Shown: piece by piece, positions 15,121 to 24,521 of the stretch
Layout of the letters: every line of letters starts with the position of its first letter
Position numbering within the stretch: position 1 is the first letter of the stretch
Source: a virus
Taxonomy: Duplodnaviria; Caudoviricetes
DNA length: 27,917 nt
IMG/VR virus record: IMGVR_UViG_3300010286_000009
Coordinates: 1 to 27,917 of that record
Direction: 5' to 3' (one strand)
Translations under genes and position numbers: made by a program
The notes under the pieces: generated by a model
What the model was told of the DNA's origin: nothing
The model's input: only the letters and a program-made list of their open reading frames with translations
Database searches by the model: none

Positions 15121-16578
15121 TTGATATATTTTGGGCGCAAAAAGATACTGTGTGATGAGCCTGAAATTAATAAAGAAAATGTTGTGAGCGTGCTTCTGGA
15201 CGCTCTTGATGTGCATAATAACAATCGTTCTGACATTGATTATCTGTACCGATACTACAAAGGCGAGCAGCCTATTTTGAGACGGGAAAAGCAAATTCGC
15301 CCGGAGATCTGCAACAAGATTGTTGAGAACCGGGCGAATGAGATTGTTTCGTTTAAGACTGGGTATTTGTGCGGTGAGCCTTTGCAATATGTAAGCCGTG
15401 GGAGCACGGACGACGTATCTTCCGCAATACAAACACTGAATGACTATATGCTGCTGTGCGGGAAGGCGGCAAGAGATAAAGAACTGGCGGAATGGATGTA
15501 CATTTGCGGGCTGGGATACCGAATGGTTATGCCGAACGCACCGTACATAGAGTCCACAGTTGTTCCAAATCTTAAAAGCGGGAAAACGAATTTCCCTAAG
15601 GACGATTCCCCGTTTGACATTCATACGCTTGACCCTCGCAATGCTTTTGTGGTGTACCACTCCGGATTGGGCGAAAAGCCTTTGATGGGCGTAAAGTATG
15701 TGGTTCAAAAAGACCAAAAGATAATCTACAGCGTGTACACGCAGAATTATTATTTTGAGATAGTGTCGGGCGGTGAGTCGAATCGGGAATTGAAAATCGA
15801 AAAAAGCAGCGATAGGGCGCTAGGATACGTCCCAATTGTGGAATACCCGCTCAACAATGCTCGGCTTGGTGCGTTCGAGATTGTGATACCGATACTTGAT
15901 GCTATCAATACTGTTCAGAGCAATCGGATTGACGGAATTGAGCAGTTCGTACAAAGCCTGATTGTGCTTTACAACTGCGAGATTGACGAGGATAAAGCAA
16001 AAGTGCTTCGCGACGCTGGGCTGATTCAGCTCAAGGGGTTCGGAGATAATAAGGCTGATATTAAGGTTATTTCAGAGCAGCTTGACCAGCAGCAGACACA
16101 GACACTAATTGACTACATGTACCAAACCGTACTCAACATTGTCGGAATGCCGAACAGGAACGGCGGAAGGAGCACGAGCGATACTGGAAGCGCTGTTATC
16201 ATGCGTGACGGATGGGAGGCCGCCGAAGCAAGAGCTAAGTCCGACGAGCTGATGTTCAAAGAGTCAGAGCGGAAGATGCTGAAAATTGTTTTACGGATTC
16301 TGCGAGACACTGTTGGCACTCCGTTGAGTCTTGCTGATATTGACGTGAAATTCACTCGTCGAAACTACGAAAACATTCTTGCCAAGTCTCAAGTACTCAC
16401 TTCCATGCTCGCAAACGATAAGATAGCCCCGCAGTTGGCGTTCACACATTGCGGATTGTTTAGTGACCCGGAAGATGCGGCTAAAATGAGCGAAGCATAT
16501 TACAACAGAGTTAAAGCGGAACAGACAGCACCACAATCTGTCAGCGGTACACCTAAGGAAGGTGATGCGGTTGCTTGA
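15121..16578 (+). CDS. Portal protein (SPP1 gp6-like)
   Basis: YYKGEQPIL, NKIVENRANEIVSFKTGYLCGEP, PIVEYPLN, SDTGSA; size and position. Confidence 0.93.
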   Translation: MIYFGRKKILCDEPEINKENVVSVLLDALDVHNNNRSDIDYLYRYYKGEQPILRREKQIRPEICNKIVENRANEIVSFKTGYLCGEPLQYVSRGSTDDVSSAIQTLNDYMLLCGKAARDKELAEWMYICGLGYRMVMPNAPYIESTVVPNLKSGKTNFPKDDSPFDIHTLDPRNAFVVYHSGLGEKPLMGVKYVVQKDQKIIYSVYTQNYYFEIVSGGESNRELKIEKSSDRALGYVPIVEYPLNNARLGAFEIVIPILDAINTVQSNRIDGIEQFVQSLIVLYNCEIDEDKAKVLRDAGLIQLKGFGDNKADIKVISEQLDQQQTQTLIDYMYQTVLNIVGMPNRNGGRSTSDTGSAVIMRDGWEAAEARAKSDELMFKESERKMLKIVLRILRDTVGTPLSLADIDVKFTRRNYENILAKSQVLTSMLANDKIAPQLAFTHCGLFSDPEDAAKMSEAYYNRVKAEQTAPQSVSGTPKEGDAVA

Positions 16579-16708
16579 AGTTCGATGCAAACAATGTAAC
16601 AAACTGCTTGGAAGGTTTGAAGGAAATGCGGAAGTAAAGTGCCCGCGTTGCAAGACGGTTAATAACATACATGTGCCCAATAAAACGCAGTACATAGAAC
16701 GCCGTTGA
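16571..16708 (+). CDS. Com-like zinc-ribbon regulator (45 aa, absent from the ORF track)
   Basis: MLEVRCKQCNKLLGRFEGNAEVKCPRCKTVN; GAAGGTG RBS before TTG. Confidence 0.8.
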   Translation: MLEVRCKQCNKLLGRFEGNAEVKCPRCKTVNNIHVPNKTQYIERR

Positions 16709-16747
16709 GCGTCAATGACCGAGCAATCGGTTATTGACGCTTTTTCT
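16697..16747 (+). terminator. Terminator hairpin carrying a tandem GARCGYC motif
   Basis: GAACGCC-gtt-GAGCGTC; stem AGCGTCAATGACCGA-gcaa-TCGGTTATTGACGCT followed by a T tract. Confidence 0.75.
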
Positions 16748-16754
16748 ATTTTAC

Positions 16755-16827
16755 CGTGCGGAGATGCACGCTAAAAAGCACAAACGGCAGAGAAGCCGAA
16801 AATCTCACAAATAAGCCAGAGAAGGCT
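16755..16827 (+). repeat. Three short hairpins with RGAGAW loops in the scaffold leader
   Basis: CGTGC-ggagat-GCACG, CGGC-agagaa-GCCG, AGCC-agagaa-GGCT; ~30 nt period. Confidence 0.7.
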
Positions 16828-16850
16828 ATAAAACGCAAGGAGTAATGATT

Positions 16851-17435
16851 ATGCCTATCGATATTACGAAAATTGCTGGTTACCGAGAAGATATGACAGC
16901 TGAAGAAAAGCTCGATCTTATCTTAAATAATTATGAACCTGCGAAGCCTGACTACAGCGGATGGATAAAGAAAGAAACGTTCGACAAAACTGCATCCGAG
17001 CTCGCCGAAGTTAAGCGAAAACTTAAAGAAAAACTTACCGAGGACGAACGTAAGGAAGCTGAGCGACAGGAAGCAGAGGCGGCTTTGAAATCTGAACTCG
17101 AAGCATTGCGCAAAGAAAAAGCTATTTCCGAAAGCAAGGCTAAATTCTTGGGACTTGGATACGATGAAGTGCTGGCTACTGAAACGGCGCAAGCTCTTGT
17201 GGAAGGCAACATGGAAAAGGTGTTTGCGAATCAGCAAATATTCATCGAAAACGTAAAGAAAGCCGAACGAGCAGCTAATTTGGCCGATGAGCCAAATCCT
17301 CCCGCTGGTTCCGGTGGAACAGTCAAAATTGATTATCAGCAGAAAATCCAAGCAGCTCAGGCTGCGGGAAATTTTGCCGAAGCTGCGTATTACATTCGTC
17401 TTGAGCAGCAAGAAGCTAACAAAAACAAAACATAA
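16851..17435 (+). CDS. Capsid scaffolding protein
   Basis: Charged coiled-coil, PPAG near the C-terminus, position before the capsid gene. Confidence 0.85.
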   Translation: MPIDITKIAGYREDMTAEEKLDLILNNYEPAKPDYSGWIKKETFDKTASELAEVKRKLKEKLTEDERKEAERQEAEAALKSELEALRKEKAISESKAKFLGLGYDEVLATETAQALVEGNMEKVFANQQIFIENVKKAERAANLADEPNPPAGSGGTVKIDYQQKIQAAQAAGNFAEAAYYIRLEQQEANKNKT

Positions 17436-17449
17436 GGAGATAGATATTA

Positions 17450-18466
17450 ATGGCTGATCAATTTGCTACTAGTTTTGGAGTGCTTAATTATAGTGGCGCA
17501 CTTTTTAACAAAGGTAATACTCGCACCCCACTTTCGTCCGCTATCGGTGGGAGGGTAAAAATCACAAATCATGTTGAATTTGCAACGGGGCAGGAATATA
17601 CCGGTGGTGGAAACGGTTCGCAGCCTTCCATTAGCGAAATCGCGTCTCTAACTGCGCCTGATGCTACCGTTGTTACTCGTGAGCAAAAGACAAACGTAAC
17701 TCAGATCTTCCAAGAGTCTGTTGGCATTTCTTATGCAAAGCAATCGAATATGGGAACGCTGTCTGGCATTAATATTGCCAATCAGCAAGCAAATCCTATT
17801 AACGAGCTTGATTTTCAAGTGGCAGTTAAACTTCAAAAGGTTGCTCGCGATATTGAGTACACCTTTATTAACGGTGTATACAACAAGGCTACCAATGATT
17901 CGGAAGTTAATAAAACTCGCGGCTTGGTTTCTGCGATTACCACAAACACAAAGGCCATGGGGAATAAGCCCCTTGGTTTGTGGGCTATTGCAGACATGAT
18001 GAAGAAAATATACGAGTCAAACGCTCCCACGCAAGGCCTGGTTTTGTGGTGTGATGCAACCACTTTGTTCCAAATTAATGCCGATGCAGTTAATAATGGC
18101 CTTACGGTGGTTCCGGCGGCTCGCGAAGTAAACGGCATTTCGCTGTCCAGCGTTGTTACACCGCTTGGAGTTGTCTACCTGTATCTGGGAGAATGCTTGC
18201 CTGCTGGAACAGCCTTGTTGCTCAATCTTGATGTAATCGCGCCTGTATACCAACCTGTTCCTGGCAAAGGTAACTTCTTCTTAGAGCCGCTTGCAAAAAC
18301 TGGTGCGGGGGAAAAGTATCAGTTGTTTGGACAGATTGGGCTTGACCACGGCCCGGAGTGGTATCACGGAAAATTCACCGGCATTGCTACAACCTTTACT
18401 GCTCCTGAGTATAGCACCAAGGTTTACATTGCTGGTGGCACGGTTCAGACAACTACTGCTGAATAA
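17450..18466 (+). CDS. Major capsid protein (DUF5309/SU10-like)
   Basis: NVTQIFQESV, DIEYTFING, KTRGL, LAKTG; 338 aa after the scaffold gene. Confidence 0.9.
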   Translation: MADQFATSFGVLNYSGALFNKGNTRTPLSSAIGGRVKITNHVEFATGQEYTGGGNGSQPSISEIASLTAPDATVVTREQKTNVTQIFQESVGISYAKQSNMGTLSGINIANQQANPINELDFQVAVKLQKVARDIEYTFINGVYNKATNDSEVNKTRGLVSAITTNTKAMGNKPLGLWAIADMMKKIYESNAPTQGLVLWCDATTLFQINADAVNNGLTVVPAAREVNGISLSSVVTPLGVVYLYLGECLPAGTALLLNLDVIAPVYQPVPGKGNFFLEPLAKTGAGEKYQLFGQIGLDHGPEWYHGKFTGIATTFTAPEYSTKVYIAGGTVQTTTAE

Positions 18467-18494
18467 ACCGGATTTAATGTAGGAGGTACACGGT

Positions 18495-18821
18495 ATGACT
18501 GAGGTATGTAAGCTCGCAAAGCTGAAAAAGTTGTTAAACATTACAGGCACGGAGCTTGACCAGCAGCTTGCCGTGTACCTCGACTTGTCAAGAGATGAAA
18601 TTCTGTCGTGGATGTATTCAGGAAGGCCACCCGACGGTGTGAATGATGTGCCGGAAAAGTACGAAACCGTGCAGATATTAGCTGTTGTTGCCGGGTATTC
18701 GCAAAGCGGCGCAGAGGGGCAGCTGAGCCACTCGGAGAACGGAATAAGCCGTACTTGGAAGTACGAAGATATGACAGCATTTATTCGAAGCAGGGTTGCG
18801 CCATATGTGGTGGTGATATAA
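18495..18821 (+). CDS. Head-tail connector (SPP1 gp15-like)
   Basis: GAEGQLSHSENGISRTW. Confidence 0.88.
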   Translation: MTEVCKLAKLKKLLNITGTELDQQLAVYLDLSRDEILSWMYSGRPPDGVNDVPEKYETVQILAVVAGYSQSGAEGQLSHSENGISRTWKYEDMTAFIRSRVAPYVVVI

Positions 18822-19274
18822 GTGCGGGTACTTCGGAAAAACTTACAGCCGTTTTACTACGCCACTTACGTCAAAAGCACCGAAACAACTGACGACGACG
18901 GGAACCATACCGGCCAGTACGTAAACGAATATTCCAAGCCAGCCAAAATGTATGCCAATATATCCGCTGCCCGCGGTTCCGCTGATGTGGAAGTGTTTGG
19001 CGTGTCGTTGGCATACGATAAGGCGATCGTAACCGACGACATGGGCTGCCCAATTAGCGAAACTTCAATTCTGTGGATCGACACCATGCCTGTACTTGAC
19101 AATGACGGGAATACGGCCACACCACACGACTATGTGGTAAAACGCGTTGCCAAATCTTTGAATAGTATTGCGTACGCGGTAAGCAAAGTGGAAGTTATGA
19201 CAGTTCCGCAGGTTGAATCTGAACTAGAAGAACCGGGTACGGAGCAGCCAGATGACGAGGATGCGGAAGAGTGA
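18822..19274 (+). CDS. Head-closure/stopper protein
   Basis: Position; ANISAARG, DYVVKRVAKSLN; acidic tail. Confidence 0.7.
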   Translation: MRVLRKNLQPFYYATYVKSTETTDDDGNHTGQYVNEYSKPAKMYANISAARGSADVEVFGVSLAYDKAIVTDDMGCPISETSILWIDTMPVLDNDGNTATPHDYVVKRVAKSLNSIAYAVSKVEVMTVPQVESELEEPGTEQPDDEDAEE

Positions 19275-19765
19275 AAAAGATTACCCTATTTCTCGACCCA
19301 AAATCAATCGGTCAAGCCATAAAGGAAGTCAAAAGCTATCAAAAGTGGGTTGAGGAAAAGACAAAGCAACTATGCGAACGTCTAGCTATTTTGGGCGCAC
19401 ATGAGGCTTCGGTAAGGTTCACCACGGCGATATATGATGGCAACAATGACGTGACTGTTGAGGTTAGCCCTATCGAAAATGGGTGGGCCATTATCGCCAA
19501 CGGAAATGCCGTATGCTTTATCGAGTTTGGTTCTGGTGTTTATCACAACCCGACAGAGCCCTATCCGCTACCGAGACCGGCAGGAGTCGTGGGGATAGGC
19601 GAATACGGAAAGGGATACGGCAAGCGACAAGGATGGGCTTACCAAGACGAAAGCGGCGATAAAGTATATACACGGGGTAACCCAGCCGCTATGCCTTTAT
19701 GGTACGCAACGCAGGAGATGGAGCGCGAAATTTATAAAATCGCCAAGGAGGTATTCGGGTCATGA
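19271..19765 (+). CDS. Neck/tail-completion protein (HK97 gp10-like)
   Basis: FIEFGSG and TRGNPA motifs; position. Confidence 0.72.
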   Translation: MKKITLFLDPKSIGQAIKEVKSYQKWVEEKTKQLCERLAILGAHEASVRFTTAIYDGNNDVTVEVSPIENGWAIIANGNAVCFIEFGSGVYHNPTEPYPLPRPAGVVGIGEYGKGYGKRQGWAYQDESGDKVYTRGNPAAMPLWYATQEMEREIYKIAKEVFGS

Positions 19766-20169
19766 TTAACTGTGAGAACGAAGTGTTTTCAACAGTTTCG
19801 CAGGCGGTAAGAGCTCAATACGCCAACGCATTCATGACCAGCGAGCCAGTTGCCTCCCCATCCAAATTCCCGTGCGTTGTGCTTCGTGAGATGGATAATA
19901 GCACATATCAACGTACACTTGACAGTTCGGGCACAGAAAACCACGCACAGTTAATGTATCAAGCCGAAGTGTATAGCAATCTTTCCACAGGCAAGAAAAG
20001 CCAATGCAGAGCGATTATGGCGCTAATAGATGAGGAAATGCAGAAACTCGGCTTCTTACGAATTGGCTGCGGCCCGATGGAAATGCCAAACGCGAATCAG
20101 ACGATATATCGAGTGGTTGCGAGATATAGAGGCACTATTTCAAAAGATTTAATCATGTATAGGAGGTAA
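19762..20169 (+). CDS. Tail terminator protein
   Basis: FPCVVL, VYSN, MQKLGF; precedes the tail tube gene. Confidence 0.75.
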   Translation: MINCENEVFSTVSQAVRAQYANAFMTSEPVASPSKFPCVVLREMDNSTYQRTLDSSGTENHAQLMYQAEVYSNLSTGKKSQCRAIMALIDEEMQKLGFLRIGCGPMEMPNANQTIYRVVARYRGTISKDLIMYRR

Positions 20170-20173
20170 AAAC

Positions 20174-20575
20174 ATGGCGATTTTAACTTACCCCGTAACA
20201 CTGAAAACCGGTTCAGACTATGCCTCGGCAACAAAGCTGATAGATATTAGGAGTTTTCCCGATTTGGGTGGTGCGCCGGAACAGGTTGAAACCACAACGC
20301 TTTCCGACGGAGCGCGTACATATATAGCTGGAATACAAGACCAGCAGGCGCTTGAGTTTACCGCAAACTTTGATAAAACCGATTTTATGTCTATAAACGC
20401 CATAACTACCGAAACCACATTTTGGCTTGAGTTCGGAACGGGTGGCTCTGGCGGAGTATTCACATGGAAGGGTACCGCTATGGCTTACGTCAATGGTGCA
20501 GGCGTAAATGAGGTTGTCGAAATGACGGTTGTTTGTACTCCGTCCACACCTATTACGCTGTACAGCAGTAATTAA
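20174..20575 (+). CDS. Major tail (tube) protein
   Basis: PDLGGAPEQVETTTLSD...YIAGI...LEFTAN. Confidence 0.85.
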   Translation: MAILTYPVTLKTGSDYASATKLIDIRSFPDLGGAPEQVETTTLSDGARTYIAGIQDQQALEFTANFDKTDFMSINAITTETTFWLEFGTGGSGGVFTWKGTAMAYVNGAGVNEVVEMTVVCTPSTPITLYSSN

Positions 20576-20590
20576 CTAGGAGGTTAAATT

Positions 20591-20926
20591 ATGGGCAAAT
20601 CTATCACTCTTACGGACAAGAGGTCTGGCAAGGTATATACACTTGAGTTTAACCGCAAGGCAATCGAGACGATGGAGCGTCAAGGATTTGTGCCGTCTGA
20701 GATTACCGACAAGCCCGCCACCATGTTGCCTATGCTGTTCAGAGGCGCTTTTATTATGCACCACCCTACCGTAAAGCGTGATGTGGTAGATGCACTGTAT
20801 GACGCTATTCCGGACAAAACCACTCTTATCGAAAAGCTGGTAGACATGTATAGCGAGCCTATTCTTTCGCTTATCGGAGACAGTGAAGCGGACGAGGGAA
20901 ACGTGGAGTGGGGAGCGAACTTCTAA
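20591..20926 (+). CDS. Tail assembly chaperone (gpG-like)
   Basis: YTLEFNRK...MERQGF; position; slippery site near the 3' end. Confidence 0.82.
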   Translation: MGKSITLTDKRSGKVYTLEFNRKAIETMERQGFVPSEITDKPATMLPMLFRGAFIMHHPTVKRDVVDALYDAIPDKTTLIEKLVDMYSEPILSLIGDSEADEGNVEWGANF

Positions 20927-20942
20927 TCGAAGAAGCTCCCCA
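20896..20942 (+). other. Programmed -1 frameshift signal
   Basis: In-frame G GGA AAC (20896-20902), then a TGGGGAGC...GCTCCCCA hairpin; the -1 frame is open to 21390. Confidence 0.85.
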
Positions 20943-21390
20943 TACTAAAACGTGCACCGAACAATTCTATGAAGTGTTTCCATTTTATTTGAGCATCGGA
21001 ATGACATATGATCTGTTTTGGCTCAAAGATGCGACGCTCGTGAAAAGTTTTCGCAAGGCATACGAGATGCAGCGAGAAAGAGCTAACTACGATGCTTGGT
21101 TGCAAGGGGCTTATATATATGACGCTCTATGCGCCGTCTCTCCTGTTTTACATGCTTTCGCAAAGAAAGGTACAAAGCCTATTCCATATCCCAAAGAACC
21201 ATACGGGATGACAACAAAGAATCTCAAACAATCCAGCGAACAACCTGCCAAGACTGAGGCGGAACTTAGAGAAATCCAAGCCCTTAATGCGTCGGCAAAA
21301 TTTGCTTCATTTGTGACTCAATGGAACAAGCGATTTGAAAATAAAGGTGGTGGCGTTGATGGCGGTTACAATCGATCAACTACAGATTGA
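20908..21390 (+). CDS. Tail chaperone gpT part (expressed as a G-T frameshift fusion)
   Basis: -1 frame relative to the upstream ORF; GMTYDLFW...AWLQGAY. Confidence 0.8.
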   Translation: MGSELLIEEAPHTKTCTEQFYEVFPFYLSIGMTYDLFWLKDATLVKSFRKAYEMQRERANYDAWLQGAYIYDALCAVSPVLHAFAKKGTKPIPYPKEPYGMTTKNLKQSSEQPAKTEAELREIQALNASAKFASFVTQWNKRFENKGGGVDGGYNRSTTD

Positions 21391-24109
21391 AATTCGGTCT
21401 AGCAGTCAAAAAGCTGCGGATGGCATCAATGCCCTGGTATCAGCATTAAGCAATCTGAAACGCGTTGCGAATACGAAGGGGATCGAAAAGCTAAAAACTG
21501 CATTTACTGAGCTTCAATCCGCCATTGAGCCAATCTCCGAAAACGTCGGTGAAAAGCTATCGTCTGTTGCCAAAGGAATTACAGATTTGGCTAATGCGCC
21601 AAAAATTACTGCCTCTACCATCAAGAATATTCAAATGTTGGCAAAAGCCGCAAAAGAGATTTCTGACGTTGATTACGAATCTCTCGCAAAGGTTTCAGCT
21701 GCCTTGTCTGGAATGGGAGGCGGATTTCAGTATTCTCCAGGTCCTCCTAAGAGATCGTCTAAAAAAGGTGATCTTGTACCTGCATTTAATTCACTTGTTA
21801 GTGCGAGCCCAATTGTTAATGCAAGCGAAAAATTTGATGATATTGGGCAATCTGTGCTAGATGCTGCAGAGGGAATTAAACTTCTTGGAGATGGAATCAT
21901 TGACTTTGACTGGAAACCGGTTGACGAAGTTGCCAATGGGCTTTCTCAGATACGAGAAGAGGCTAATCGTTCCAAGAGCCGACTTCCTAAATTCTTGGAT
22001 GAAATCAAAGCAAAATTTCGCGATACAGGAGAAGAGGCAAAGCGAAGCTCAAGTGGATTGGGTCAATTTTTTGCTTCTTTAAAACGTATTGCCATGTACC
22101 GCATGGTACGATGGGTACTAAAGTCTATTTCTAATGCAATCAAAGAAGGTATCCAAAATGTAGCATTATATAGCAAAACGCTGGGGGACTTGGATTCTAC
22201 AAAAGCTAATGCTACATTGTCTCAATTAGCTACTACAGCTTTGCAGGTTAAGAACAGTATTGGCTCTGCGATGATGCCTGTAATCAAAGCATTTTCTCCT
22301 GTATTGCAGCAATTAGCTAATTGGCTGATAATTGCAGCCAATGCAATGAACCAATTCTTTGCCGCTTTTACTGGACAATCTGTTTGGCTAAAAGCCAAAG
22401 AATACCCTGTTGATTATGCTGAGGGCTTGGACAAAGCTGCTGGAGCTGCTAAAAATCTAAAGAATGCAGTTCTTGGAATTGATGAATTGAATATTATAAG
22501 CCCTGATGCTGGCGGCGGATCTAGTGGGATGAATTTTAGCGATATGTTCGAAGAATCCCCGATTAGCGATAAAATGCGTGAGATAGCAGAGTGGACTAAT
22601 ACAACCTTGGGGAAGATTAAAGAGTTTCTTTCGTCTGCTATTGGAATTTTATCAGCTTCTTTAGGATTGTTTGTTGTTGGCACACTACTTGTATTCTCTG
22701 GCGCAAACATACCGCTGGGGCTTGGGTTAATGGCTGCTGGCGCAATTATGTTTGTTAAAGGAATAGTCGAAAAGTGGGACGAAATGCCGAAACATATCCA
22801 AAATACTATTACCGCAATTATGGCAGTAGTCGGAACTGGATTGCTCGCAGTAGGAGCTATGCTTGCATTTTCTGGAGCTAATATCCCACTTGGAATTGGT
22901 TTGATGGTAGCTGGCGCGGCAACACTTGGATCAGCTATTGCATTAAATTGGGACAGTATAAAACAAGCGCTCCGTGGATCGATTGGTAGAGTAATGTCAG
23001 TAATTTCGTCTAGTCTTTTGGTAGTTGGAGCTATATTGGCATTTAGTGGAGCCAACATACCGTTGGGAATTGCTTTAATGGCAACTGGAGCTGCTGGGCT
23101 AACTACTGTTGGAGCCTTTAACTGGGATACTATACAAGACAAATTGAAAGAAGCGTGGCGTAACATTGCCGACTGGTGGAATAGTAATGTTAAACCATGG
23201 TTTACCAAAGAAAAATGGCAAGGGCTTGCTGATAACATCTGGCAAGGACTTAAAGCCAAATGGAAAGACATCAAAGATTGGTGGGCAAATTCGACTCTAG
23301 TTGTTTTGTGGAATGAGCATATAGCACCGTGGTTCACCATAGAAAAATGGAAAGCCCTTGGAGAGTCCATGAAACAAGGAATTATCACCAAGTGGAATGA
23401 ACTATCCGCATGGTGGAACTCTCTTGGAATTGTCAAATGGTGGAACGAAAGTGTCGCGCCGTGGTTTACTCTATCCAAATGGCAATCACTGGGGGAGAAT
23501 TTTAGAAAAGCGTTGATTGATAAGTGGAATGCTTTTTCTGCATGGTGGAACTCCTTGGGAATTGTTAAATGGTGGAATGAATCGGTTGTGCCATGGTTTA
23601 CTGTTCAGAAATGGTTGGATTTAGGGAAAGGATTAGTTGAAGGATTTAAGCAAACATGGATAAACGCTGTGGAGGCAGCGCGTTTGGTTATCAACAAACT
23701 TATTGAATGGATCAATGACAAACTGACAATTACATTGCCAGAAATCAACCTATTCGGAAAAAAAATAACCGAAGAAACAACATTCAGCCTATTCAAAATA
23801 CCATTAATTAAGCCTTTCTTTGCCGAAGGCGGCTTCCCAAACCAAGGCCAACTATTTATCGCCCGCGAATCTGGCCCTGAAATGGTTGGAACCATTGGCG
23901 GACGAGCTGCGGTTGCTAACAATGACCAGATTGTTGAAGCAGTTGCGGCTGGTGTTTATCGGGCTGTAACAGCAGCCATGAATGAAAACAGAGGCGGGGA
24001 AGCGTCTGTAATCGTGTATTTGGATGGTGATCAGGTATATACCAACCAAGCCAAAGTACGAGAACGTCGCGGCTACCCTATCGGAATGAACCCGAACTTT
24101 GGATATTAA
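21359..24109 (+). CDS. Tail tape measure protein
   Basis: ~916 aa; FSGANIPLG hydrophobic repeats, Trp-periodic repeats, FAEGGFP...ESGPEMVG. Confidence 0.92.
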   Translation: MAVTIDQLQIEIRSSSQKAADGINALVSALSNLKRVANTKGIEKLKTAFTELQSAIEPISENVGEKLSSVAKGITDLANAPKITASTIKNIQMLAKAAKEISDVDYESLAKVSAALSGMGGGFQYSPGPPKRSSKKGDLVPAFNSLVSASPIVNASEKFDDIGQSVLDAAEGIKLLGDGIIDFDWKPVDEVANGLSQIREEANRSKSRLPKFLDEIKAKFRDTGEEAKRSSSGLGQFFASLKRIAMYRMVRWVLKSISNAIKEGIQNVALYSKTLGDLDSTKANATLSQLATTALQVKNSIGSAMMPVIKAFSPVLQQLANWLIIAANAMNQFFAAFTGQSVWLKAKEYPVDYAEGLDKAAGAAKNLKNAVLGIDELNIISPDAGGGSSGMNFSDMFEESPISDKMREIAEWTNTTLGKIKEFLSSAIGILSASLGLFVVGTLLVFSGANIPLGLGLMAAGAIMFVKGIVEKWDEMPKHIQNTITAIMAVVGTGLLAVGAMLAFSGANIPLGIGLMVAGAATLGSAIALNWDSIKQALRGSIGRVMSVISSSLLVVGAILAFSGANIPLGIALMATGAAGLTTVGAFNWDTIQDKLKEAWRNIADWWNSNVKPWFTKEKWQGLADNIWQGLKAKWKDIKDWWANSTLVVLWNEHIAPWFTIEKWKALGESMKQGIITKWNELSAWWNSLGIVKWWNESVAPWFTLSKWQSLGENFRKALIDKWNAFSAWWNSLGIVKWWNESVVPWFTVQKWLDLGKGLVEGFKQTWINAVEAARLVINKLIEWINDKLTITLPEINLFGKKITEETTFSLFKIPLIKPFFAEGGFPNQGQLFIARESGPEMVGTIGGRAAVANNDQIVEAVAAGVYRAVTAAMNENRGGEASVIVYLDGDQVYTNQAKVRERRGYPIGMNPNFGY

Positions 24110-24121
24110 GGAGGATGGGCA

Positions 24122-24508
24122 GTGGCATGGATTGAAACAGCATCTGGAATTGAATTGCCCACCCCTGCATTTGGCAGTGGCAAGACTATCATAAGTACCA
24201 TAGTAGACGGAGGTCGCAACACCGAAGGGAATTTTATTGGGAGCGTTGTGGGGGACGATAAGTTAAAGATTGAGTGCACGTTTTCTGCACTGACTCCCGA
24301 AGAAATGAGAAATCTGTTGCGGATATTTGACCGAAAACAAGGCGGGAGGTTTGTAAACACATTTAGAGTTTTCGATCCGCGGGTAAATGATTTCGTCTAC
24401 ATGGAAATGTATGTTGGAGACCGGAGTGGCACGCCATATCTAATCGACCCGAACACAATGCGACCGTCTTTTTGGACAAACGTACAAGCCAATTTGATTC
24501 AAGTATAA
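24122..24508 (+). CDS. Distal tail protein-like
   Basis: Follows the tape measure gene; GRNTEG, MYVGDRS. Confidence 0.72.
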   Translation: MAWIETASGIELPTPAFGSGKTIISTIVDGGRNTEGNFIGSVVGDDKLKIECTFSALTPEEMRNLLRIFDRKQGGRFVNTFRVFDPRVNDFVYMEMYVGDRSGTPYLIDPNTMRPSFWTNVQANLIQV

Positions 24509-24521
24509 AGGGGGCACGTTC

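Noticed and set aside
21384-21394. GATTGAAAT in the tape measure gene
   Set aside because: A short chance match within coding sequence, with no repeat hairpin.
22414-23478. Long antisense ORFs (also 1814..2515, 3639..4481, 12828..13565)
   Set aside because: They are shadows of well-supported + strand genes and carry no recognisable motifs.
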